Assembly (NCBI GenBank): GCA_015520065.1
Contig: WAQV01000059.1
Location: 1-25,466, forward strand
Direction of reading: 5' to 3'
Source: Candidatus Pacearchaeota archaeon
GTDB taxonomy: Archaea; Nanobdellota; Nanobdellia; Pacearchaeales; GW2011-AR1
DNA length: 25,466 nucleotides
Under the pieces are notes generated by a model. That model had not been told where the DNA came from. It worked only from the letters and a program-made list of their open reading frames with translations, and searched no databases. The position numbers and the translations under genes were made by a program. Position 1 is the first letter of the stretch. Every line of letters starts with the position of its first letter. Shown one piece after another: positions 9,901-16,429 of this stretch.

Positions 9901-12842
9901 CAGTTAAAAAGGCGCAGGAAAGTGAAATTCCAGGAGAGGTAGTTTGGATCAAGCGAAAAGATTCAGTAGAAGCAGAATGGTATGGAACAAAAACATCAAA
10001 AGAGGGTGAGATAGGAAGTGAGCAAGAAGGAACTCCTTATCAGAAGATAATTTACAATGGAGTGCTGTATATTGTTACACTCAAAGAAACCTATGAAGGA
10101 AGCGGAGAGTATGTTATTAAGAACATATACAACGAGGATGGAAAAGAGGTAACAGATGAAGAATTAACTGAGAAGATTAAACAGCGTTACGAGATTTTCA
10201 AAAAAATCGACCCTGCTGCATACAAGAACAGATATGAAAATCCTGAAGTGAAGTACTGGGAGGCAGGAGAGTTCAAAGGGCTTCCTGCTGTTGTTCCGTT
10301 TGACATTAAAAACGGATGGTATGCAGCAACAAAGTCATTTTCAAGAGGAACAATTAAAGCATATCATGAAAGCGGTGCTGTAAACTTCTTCTATATATGC
10401 AATGTTATGAAAAACAATCGACAGGACGGAATAAACAGAGGAGATGATAAATGCGTTGGATTTTTTGCATCAGATATAGGAAACCTTAAAGGCAAAAAAT
10501 TCCCAGGGCTTACAGAAGCACAAACATCCAAGCTGTTGAGAAAAGCAATTCAAGCAATTGAGGATGCATCAAGAGGTTACAAAACTGGAGTAAGAAAAGT
10601 CAAAATAAGAAATGTTGGCTATGTTGATGTAGGAGTTCCTGAAGTAAACCTTCCTGGAACTCAGTGCGAGGACTTCATGTCTCCAAAAGACTGCAATCTA
10701 TTGTTTAATGTTTGCGACCCAGTAATCTGCCCTTCAAGCAGGTGTAATGCAGGAGGTTCTTACTATGTAAGCAATGTAATTAGGTCTGGATTTGTAGGAA
10801 GCACGTTCTTGTGCCTTCATAATTTTGGGACTCCATCCGAAGGAGGTGTTTTAATTCCAGTATGTCTTTCAGGGCTTAAAGCAGCTGCAGATGGGTGGCT
10901 GTCAATACTAAAAAGCCATAGGGACTGTTTGCAGAGAAATCTCCAGACAGGTGAGATGATAGGGTTTTGCGATGAGGTATATAGTATTTATGTATGTGAC
11001 TTCTTCTGGAAGCAAGCATTGCCTCTTATAAAAATGAAGCTTCCTGATATTGTTACATCAATGGTTACAGGCAGGAAGGATTCTGGAGGAGGAGAGTATT
11101 TAATATTTAAAGAAGCATGGGAAAATGCAGGAAAATCAATTGATTATATGGCTCAGTATTATGCCGAAAACTCTTACAAAGCATTCATATTGAGAAGCAC
11201 AGATGAAATAGGAAGCGCGCTATGCAAATCATTCATATCAGCAAGATACCCTGCTTCAGCAGACTTCTTCGATAATCTCATAGAACCAGATGTTCCCGCT
11301 CAGTACAACGCATGGTTTCATGAAACTCCTTTTACAACAGCAACATCGCCTCCAACATCTCAATACAAAGTGTTTTACCACATCTATTCAGGGAAAGATA
11401 CTGGAGTGTATTACAGTGTTTATCTTAAAAGCCCTTCGGGAAGTTCTTTTTACCAGTACTCAGAAACACTTCCTGTTGCAAGAGGATTCATACCTCGTGG
11501 AGAATATGCATCTGAAACGAGAGATTTTACTGCGCCATCAGGATATCAGGAGTTATGCATAAACATAAACGGTCAGGAAGAGTGTGGGTTTGGAAGGGTT
11601 TCAACATCATTTGCAATGGATTACATTGAGGATAAGATTGTAAAAGACCAGATTGAAAGGCAAGACATTAAGTCTGAAAAAGAGTGCATTTCAGGAAGTC
11701 CGAGCCTTTATGGCTTAATAAGCCCTAATCTTCAGGCAGGAGCAGAGCAGGCAATAGACCCTCAAATCTATAACAAAGGAATTGTAAGAGTATGTTCAAC
11801 AGAAAATCCAGGCAAGGGAACAAACGAGGAAAGATGGGTGAGAGTCGGTTATTGCGATGAAACAAAAAGAGTGAAATGCTGGCTTGACAAAGAAAGCATA
11901 AACAGTGTTGTTGAGTTCAATGCAACACGTGAGGAGTTGAAGGAATTCACTGATGACATACTTGAAAAATTAAGAGAAGAAGGAGGATACATTAAGCTTG
12001 ATGAAAATGATGTTAGAGAGTTTAGGAAAATTGTTGGTGGAGATGATAAAGGAAAGATTAAGAAATTAATAGAGGACATTACTGGAACAGATGAAAGAAA
12101 AGGGCTTATTGACAGAGTATTCTTCAGCAAAGAAAAAGCAACACTTTATCTTCTAAGAGGAGATGCTTATGCAAGGCTTGCTGAAATGCTGTTTACAGGC
12201 ATGAAGGATGAAGAAAAAGAAAAAGCCAACACTGAGGAAAAAGAGGAGAAAACAGCAGAAGAAGAAAAAGCTGAAAGAGATGAAGAAACACCTGAAGATA
12301 AAATTAAAGAGAGTGGTCCAATATTACCTGAACCTAATCTTGACCCTAAACCAGACAATGCCGAACTTTTAGACAGATTAAGTAAATACGATAGGATTAT
12401 TAAAGAGAATTCTAAGAAATATGGTGTTTCTCAAAGCCTAATTAAAGCTATTATTTCTCAAGAAAGTGATGCCAAATATGACGCTATTGATAAAAAAGGA
12501 GATTCTTATGGCTTAATGGGTATTACTGAAGGGGCTGCGAAAGATGTTGGGATGTATACTCAGTTTCAAAATAATAAGCTTAGACCATCAACAAATATAG
12601 AAATTGGAACTAAGTATTACAAAAGATTGGAGAAATACTACAGTGAAATGAATTCAGGAGAAGATTTAAAGAAGATAACTCTAGCAGCATACAATTGGGG
12701 AATGGGAAACATTTATGTAGAAGGATACGAAGATAAAGCAGCGTGTCAGGAAGGAAGATGGGTAAATTGCAAGAATATTCCTCAAGAAGTTTTACAATAT
12801 GTTTCTAATGTGATTGCTTATGAGAAAGAATTTGCTAAATAA
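6918..12842 (+). CDS. Giant (1974 aa) exported Cys-rich multidomain protein with a C-terminal lytic transglycosylase (SLT, GH23) domain
   Basis: N-terminal basic + hydrophobic signal (KRLLMLLTVSVIVVLLVSSVISA); about 38 Cys by hand count; acidic linker; SLT motifs IISQES (Glu1849), YGLMGI, NIEIGTKYY, LAAYNWG, YVSNV. Alternative start ATG 6942. Confidence 0.88.
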   Translation: MSQITLKEMQKEKTKRLLMLLTVSVIVVLLVSSVISAYYRSSVQYTRPGISSYSYLGKQGVSFPVFDDELCKSGQDFIVQISPLGCTPSVVRSDLLEEQNVPVFCPLIATKLNPLIDVEAIDYISFSPRGYTKEVAGVGFHPARAALRGNYKTLLNSPVLENIGYAVIVLKKQKNESAMPDWVQGNLTAKIRYDIKNAFGVGKAVYYLPELDDTEWVLNYKQYGFWQGRGFLRAEDIDKDSAFISIYSDKNNKVSGVRLKKGETSREIYIPGFYCFGGMQLKLHDLDVPDRRAKLNVNGEIVEVAKGEKFLDNKCRVKELQKYGLLESVSITCEEDDGINKFDLTISPRIALSITDKSGSEVVKDYGVGDKLYEFDKDGKKEYVYIGYIGTAIQNARDGNKRYTMSNSYREDELIVYLYKTPQDKGEQLSFRDISSIGKSINSYLYWISGPVKRVIKGEVSEAVYYKDEPKEVWGKNKIKIIGFAGPQDKPFGKCEKSNDVTNGENTPECNQYETQEECESADAGSCQWVEESGDLKEVKTNYENALKDYRTLIESFPSEKENENSLETFGERAFFNSIRLAEKLGQKRTMLKFCKEFEESFPDSKLLYDLRETCSSELKASSQSTSTMDVLVNGRVKEISLERVYEPSLEEYSAEVKINGLGKSSIVKILRKNTPSSLEENGNTVGSIEILSLTEDSAKLRIEISPADSTDSKKRKFSKTVTLKLDAPESFDSDYTFTLTKINLKKLAKVSVIPRVNNAGTEANFSFKIGIEKRAIQLSPEQAKEKIKNLNESIEKWEKISNNLGNVVRGMKAACLMTGTALTIKNLFAGMKGKAGARHEATQFYREKCSRDIKDPDSPYYKKSVSQCLVGYNDEINSAVEIIAKKRMSQIRFSEKELCSDKINSLGSGLKNINSDEELSRLAKDEDIKGLFSPASLSDGTCDKPLTTDEAERVALYLDIINDDRLSSEVRGGYKEKLKQLLTELKENAEDYASVKKAQESEIPGEVVWIKRKDSVEAEWYGTKTSKEGEIGSEQEGTPYQKIIYNGVLYIVTLKETYEGSGEYVIKNIYNEDGKEVTDEELTEKIKQRYEIFKKIDPAAYKNRYENPEVKYWEAGEFKGLPAVVPFDIKNGWYAATKSFSRGTIKAYHESGAVNFFYICNVMKNNRQDGINRGDDKCVGFFASDIGNLKGKKFPGLTEAQTSKLLRKAIQAIEDASRGYKTGVRKVKIRNVGYVDVGVPEVNLPGTQCEDFMSPKDCNLLFNVCDPVICPSSRCNAGGSYYVSNVIRSGFVGSTFLCLHNFGTPSEGGVLIPVCLSGLKAAADGWLSILKSHRDCLQRNLQTGEMIGFCDEVYSIYVCDFFWKQALPLIKMKLPDIVTSMVTGRKDSGGGEYLIFKEAWENAGKSIDYMAQYYAENSYKAFILRSTDEIGSALCKSFISARYPASADFFDNLIEPDVPAQYNAWFHETPFTTATSPPTSQYKVFYHIYSGKDTGVYYSVYLKSPSGSSFYQYSETLPVARGFIPRGEYASETRDFTAPSGYQELCININGQEECGFGRVSTSFAMDYIEDKIVKDQIERQDIKSEKECISGSPSLYGLISPNLQAGAEQAIDPQIYNKGIVRVCSTENPGKGTNEERWVRVGYCDETKRVKCWLDKESINSVVEFNATREELKEFTDDILEKLREEGGYIKLDENDVREFRKIVGGDDKGKIKKLIEDITGTDERKGLIDRVFFSKEKATLYLLRGDAYARLAEMLFTGMKDEEKEKANTEEKEEKTAEEEKAERDEETPEDKIKESGPILPEPNLDPKPDNAELLDRLSKYDRIIKENSKKYGVSQSLIKAIISQESDAKYDAIDKKGDSYGLMGITEGAAKDVGMYTQFQNNKLRPSTNIEIGTKYYKRLEKYYSEMNSGEDLKKITLAAYNWGMGNIYVEGYEDKAACQEGRWVNCKNIPQEVLQYVSNVIAYEKEFAK

Positions 12843-12916
12843 ATTTTAAATGAGATGAAATTCTTTTGCATTAGATACTTCTCTAATTTCTATTTTTGAA
12901 GTAATCTTAAAAAGCA

Positions 12917-13000
12917 TGCGGGGAGAAGGATTCGAACCTTCGCAGGCACTAAGCCAGCGCGTCTTGAGCGCGCCCCGTTTGACCGCTCCGGCATCCCCGC
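12917..13000 (-). tRNA. tRNA-Leu(CAA), 84 nt, long variable arm
   Basis: Acceptor GCGGGGA/TCCCCGC, anticodon stem GCGCG/CGCGC with loop CTCAAGA, variable arm, GGTTCGAATCC T loop, A73. Confidence 0.97.
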
Positions 13001-13082
13001 ATATAAGAAGCAGAAATTACTCATATAAAAATCTTTAGAATTAATTAAAGCAGGAACAAACAACTGAGCAACCAAAACAAGA

Positions 13083-14015
13083 TTACCCCTCTTTCTTTTT
13101 GCTCAACTCTTTTTCTTTCTGCTTTATTTTCTCTTCAAGGTTAAGCTTTTCTATTAACTCTTTGTACCTGTTTCTTATTGTTACCTCTGTTATTCCTGCA
13201 ATATCTGCAACCTCTCTCTGAGTCTTCTTCTCGTCATTCATTAATGCAGCAACATACAAAGCAGCTGCTGAGATTCCTGCAGGACCTCTTCCTGATGTAA
13301 GCTCAACTTTCTCTGCCTGTTTAAGTATCTTCAAAGCATCGTTTTGGGTTTTAGGAGAGAGTTTCAAAACTGAGGAGAATCTCGCAATATAATCTTTTGG
13401 AGAACTTTGTTTTACTTTAATTCCGAGCTTCCTTATTATAAACCTGTATGTTCTTCCAATCTCTTTTCTCTCAACATCAGAGGCAGTTGCCATCTCATCC
13501 AAAGTTCTCGGAATATTGTAAGACCTGCATGCAGTATATAAACATGCTGCAATTACTGACTCCATGCTTCTTCCTCTTACAAGCCCTCTCTGAAGAACAT
13601 AGTTGTAAATTCTTGCAGCCTCGTCACGCACAACATTTGGAAGATTCAAGTAAGATGCAATGACTCTAAGCTCTGCCATAGCAAGCCTTAAGTTTCTTTC
13701 AATGCTTGTTGAAACTCTTTCCTGCCATTTTTTAAGTCTCAGGAATTTTCTTGTCTGACCTGGAGCAAGTTTGTAAATATCAGAAATCTCTCCAACATTT
13801 GTCGTAAGCCCTTTGTCAAACTTCTGCATGCTTATAGGAGCTCCGCCACGACCTTTTTTCTCATGTTTGTCAAACTTTCCAGAAAGGTCAATTCCAGTAT
13901 CAACCATCTTTTCCTCAATAACAAGGCTGCAGTCATTGCAGATTATCTCTCCAAGATGAGGGTCATAAGTCAGGTTGATACTTCCGCATTCAGGACATTT
14001 TTTGACAAAAGCCAT
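13083..14015 (-). CDS. tfb: Transcription initiation factor IIB (TFB)
   Basis: Zn ribbon CPECGS...GEIICNDC, two cyclin repeats ('RGLVRGRSMESVIAACLYTACR', 'GRGPAGISAAALY'), C-terminal 'TQREVADIAGITEVTIRNRYKEL'. Confidence 0.98.
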   Translation of the reverse strand: MAFVKKCPECGSINLTYDPHLGEIICNDCSLVIEEKMVDTGIDLSGKFDKHEKKGRGGAPISMQKFDKGLTTNVGEISDIYKLAPGQTRKFLRLKKWQERVSTSIERNLRLAMAELRVIASYLNLPNVVRDEAARIYNYVLQRGLVRGRSMESVIAACLYTACRSYNIPRTLDEMATASDVERKEIGRTYRFIIRKLGIKVKQSSPKDYIARFSSVLKLSPKTQNDALKILKQAEKVELTSGRGPAGISAAALYVAALMNDEKKTQREVADIAGITEVTIRNRYKELIEKLNLEEKIKQKEKELSKKKEG

Positions 14016-14030
14016 TTTCCAGAAATTTCA

Positions 14031-14085
14031 TTTATAAATCTATCGTAACCTTTATAAATGGAGTGCATTTATAAACCTTTCGGTT
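14031..14085 (-). promoter_or_regulatory. tfb promoter: BRE + TATA followed by two further TTTATAAA boxes
   Basis: Minus strand AACCGAAAGG-TTTATAAA (14075-14068), with extra TTTATAAA at 14058-14051 and 14038-14031. Confidence 0.7.
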
Positions 14086-14243
14086 TTTACTAGGAGTTCA
14101 TAATTGCAACTTCTGTTCATTAATACACTTCTGATTAATTTAAGACAACTTATTATTTTATCCTCGTGAAAAATTATAATTTAATAGAATGATTAACTGA
14201 CGCATACAAAAACCTTTTTAAATATATTTTCATCTGAATTCTC

Positions 14244-15080
14244 ATGGCACGAACAAAAGCTCAAGAATTAACTGGAGAGGAGCTTAAAAAAGCTGCAGAA
14301 GAAGAATCACTAAAAACAGAGAAAGGAAAAGAGAGTAAGACAGAAAAAGCTGAAAAGACAGAAGGAAAAGAAAAGTCTTTGGAAGAAAAAAAGAAGGAGC
14401 TGCTGGAAAAAGCAAAAAAGCTTAAAGAGAAAGTAACAGCAGAAACTGTTTCTACTCAGGAACTTAAAGAACAGGTTAAAATCAAAAAGAAGACAGAAAT
14501 GCTTGTTCCTCTTGAAGAGTATGTAAAAGCAGGAATTTATTTAGGAACGAGAGTTGTAACTCCTGATATGAGGCCTTTTATTTACAGAAGAAGAGCAGAC
14601 GGACTGGCAATATTCAACACCAATCTTATAGACGAGAAATTAAGAGAGGGTGCAGAGTATCTCGCAAAGTTTAAGCCTGAAGATGTAATTCTTGTATGCA
14701 AAAGGCAGGCAGGATGGAGAGCAGCAGAGATGTTTTCAAAGGTAACTGGAATAAGAGTCTTTACAAAAAAGTATCCTGCAGGAATACTAACAAACACAGC
14801 ACTTCCTGATTTTTTTGAGAACGAGCTTACAATAATAACTGACCACTGGCTTGACAAGAATGCTTTAAATGACACTCTGAAAGTTCATAAAAAAGTTCTT
14901 ATGATATGCGATACAAATAACTTTTCAAAAGGAGCTGACCAAGTGATAATAGGAAACAACAAAAGCCCTAAGAGTTTGGGCTTAATTTTCTACATTCTTG
15001 CAAGAGAATACTGCAAAGCAAGAGGCATAAAAGCAGACATCCCTGATATGGAAGTGTGGGTTTCTACAGAGCAGGAGTGA
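14244..15080 (+). CDS. rps2: 30S ribosomal protein uS2 with an approximately 85-aa Lys/Glu-rich N-terminal extension
   Basis: Core 'LVPLEEYVKAGIYLGTR...MRPFIYRRRADGLAIFN...ICDTNN...IIGNNKSPKSLGLIFYILARE' is archaeal uS2. Confidence 0.95.
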   Translation: MARTKAQELTGEELKKAAEEESLKTEKGKESKTEKAEKTEGKEKSLEEKKKELLEKAKKLKEKVTAETVSTQELKEQVKIKKKTEMLVPLEEYVKAGIYLGTRVVTPDMRPFIYRRRADGLAIFNTNLIDEKLREGAEYLAKFKPEDVILVCKRQAGWRAAEMFSKVTGIRVFTKKYPAGILTNTALPDFFENELTIITDHWLDKNALNDTLKVHKKVLMICDTNNFSKGADQVIIGNNKSPKSLGLIFYILAREYCKARGIKADIPDMEVWVSTEQE

Positions 15081-15191
15081 GGATAATTTCTAAGTATTAT
15101 CTTGTCTATTATCACATTCTATTTATATCAATAACTGTACAAAAATATTTAAAAATTTGAATGTCCTTATGCTATAAAGGAGGCATATAAA

Positions 15192-15410
15192 ATGCTTGAG
15201 GATAAAGCAAAAGAGGGAAGGAAGAAGATAAGCAGAGAGGAAGTTCTTAGGCTTTTAGATGAAGACCTGAAAAAAGCGTTTTCAGATGAGGAATACATGA
15301 GAAAATGCAGAGAGGAATATGTGAAAGAAGCAAAAAAGATAGACGACTGGCTGTTTGAAAGCTGGAAACATTCCCATACAACATGGGTTAGAGCTTCCTA
15401 CTACAGTTAA
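15192..15410 (+). CDS. Small hypothetical protein (72 aa)
   Basis: ATG with AGGAGG Shine-Dalgarno 8 nt upstream (15178-15183) and TATA at 15148-15155; charged helical sequence. Confidence 0.7.
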   Translation: MLEDKAKEGRKKISREEVLRLLDEDLKKAFSDEEYMRKCREEYVKEAKKIDDWLFESWKHSHTTWVRASYYS

Positions 15411-15441
15411 AATAAATCTTCCAGAGAAGCTAACTATAAAG

Positions 15442-15639
15442 ATGGCAAAATCCATAGATAAAATAACAGAAGAATTCTGCAAGAATTTACCTCCTTACAA
15501 TTATTCAGCTTTACCAGATAAGAGCGACTATATAACAGTTGATGAGCTGAGTGAGCGTTGTCAAAAAGCAGCAGAAATTTACGGCCCTGTTTTCCATGAG
15601 TATTTATTATCTAAGTATGTTGATAAGAAGGAAGAATAA
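15442..15639 (+). CDS. Small hypothetical protein (65 aa)
   Basis: ATG 15442 (MAKSIDK) avoids overlap with the upstream gene; stop is 1 nt before the next ATG. Confidence 0.6.
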   Translation: MAKSIDKITEEFCKNLPPYNYSALPDKSDYITVDELSERCQKAAEIYGPVFHEYLLSKYVDKKEE

Positions 15640-15640
15640 A

Positions 15641-15955
15641 ATGGATGACAGAGAGTATGAAATACTGAAAAAATTTAGCAAAGGTGCTTTTGTAGACGAT
15701 GAAGACAGATATATAGTAAATCGTTTTGCAAACATTGGTTTGATTAAGTTTGGATATGATACTAACAAAAAAGGAGAAATACAAGAAACTGCAAGTTTAA
15801 CTCCTCTCGGTTATGATTTTTATGATGCAGAAACAAGATGGAGAAGAGCCCAAATGAATTCTTTAGAACGGGCTTTGTACGACTTTAGGAAGTTTAAAGA
15901 AAATTGCAAAGAAAGATTCTCAAGATTATTGAACTATTTTAGATATGACTTCTGA
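15641..15955 (+). CDS. Small hypothetical protein, possible winged helix (104 aa)
   Basis: ATG 15641; 'YEILKKF...IVNRFANIGLIKFGY...ETASLTPLGYDF' has a wHTH-like helix/wing/'LT..G' pattern. Confidence 0.65.
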   Translation: MDDREYEILKKFSKGAFVDDEDRYIVNRFANIGLIKFGYDTNKKGEIQETASLTPLGYDFYDAETRWRRAQMNSLERALYDFRKFKENCKERFSRLLNYFRYDF

Positions 15956-16073
15956 CTTTTTAACAAATTCATAGATAATTCTGATTTTTATCGGATTGTC
16001 TTTATTTTATAAAACTCTTTGTATCTTTTTGGTTTGCTTATCTATAAGCTATCAACATGCACAAGTTGTACAA

Positions 16074-16146
16074 CGCCCCGTCCGGGATTCGAACCCGGGT
16101 CACAGCCTCGAAAGGGCTGTATTCTTGGCCTCTGAACTAACGGGGC
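16074..16146 (-). tRNA. tRNA-Glu(TTC), 73 nt
   Basis: Acceptor GCCCCGT/ACGGGGC, anticodon stem CAGCC/GGCTG with loop CTTTCGA, T loop GGTTCGAATCC. Confidence 0.96.
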
Positions 16147-16182
16147 TTTTGATTTCCTTGCCAACCTAAGTTAAGCAAGGAG

Positions 16183-16309
16183 TGAGCCTGCCCGGATTTG
16201 AACCGGGGACCTCTGGCTCTCTTAGATTTGTCCAAGAGATATGCAACCGTTCAGAAAACGGTCACACTCTTATAAGACCAGCGCTCTAACCAGGCTGAGC
16301 TACAGGCTC
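16183..16309 (-). tRNA. tRNA-Ile(TAT) with a 52-nt canonical 37/38 intron (16219-16270)
   Basis: Acceptor GAGCCTG/CAGGCTC, A73, D stem GCTC/GAGC, anticodon TAT at 16274-16272. BHB: central helix C32-A35 (CTTA) with intron TAAG, 3-nt bulges TA|A and AG|A. Mature length 75 nt. Confidence 0.93.
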
Positions 16310-16429
16310 TTGTTAAATGAGTAATAATGTTAATATTTAAAGTTTATTACAAGCACGGATTTGTGTAAGGTAAATAAAAAAACAGAACAATTTAGAACTT
16401 TCAAAAACATTTATAAAAATCTTCAGCTA

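Noticed and set aside
6918-12842. Giant SLT protein as a prophage tape-measure or tail lysin
   Set aside because: It has an export signal and about 38 Cys, and the window has no capsid, terminase, portal, tail or integrase genes; flanks are housekeeping.
12843-13000. The pilin/SLT unit as an island integrated at tRNA-Leu
   Set aside because: No copy of the tRNA-Leu 3' end was seen near 4950-5000 and there is no integrase; body codon usage resembles the core genes.
12890-13075. 61-aa minus-strand ORF
   Set aside because: It reads through the tRNA-Leu gene.
14086-14200. Possible ncRNA in the tfb-rps2 intergenic gap (weak AGGAGTT/AACTTCT hairpin)
   Set aside because: Only a 7-bp stem with a wobble in AT-rich DNA; no promoter/terminator pair or box C/D or H/ACA motifs recognised.
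15081-16074. Integrative element at the tRNA-Glu 3' end
   Set aside because: No direct repeat of the tRNA 3' end near 15081-15190 and no recombinase.
16183-16309. Split or permuted tRNA
   Set aside because: Both halves are contiguous and in normal order, with a standard cis BHB intron.
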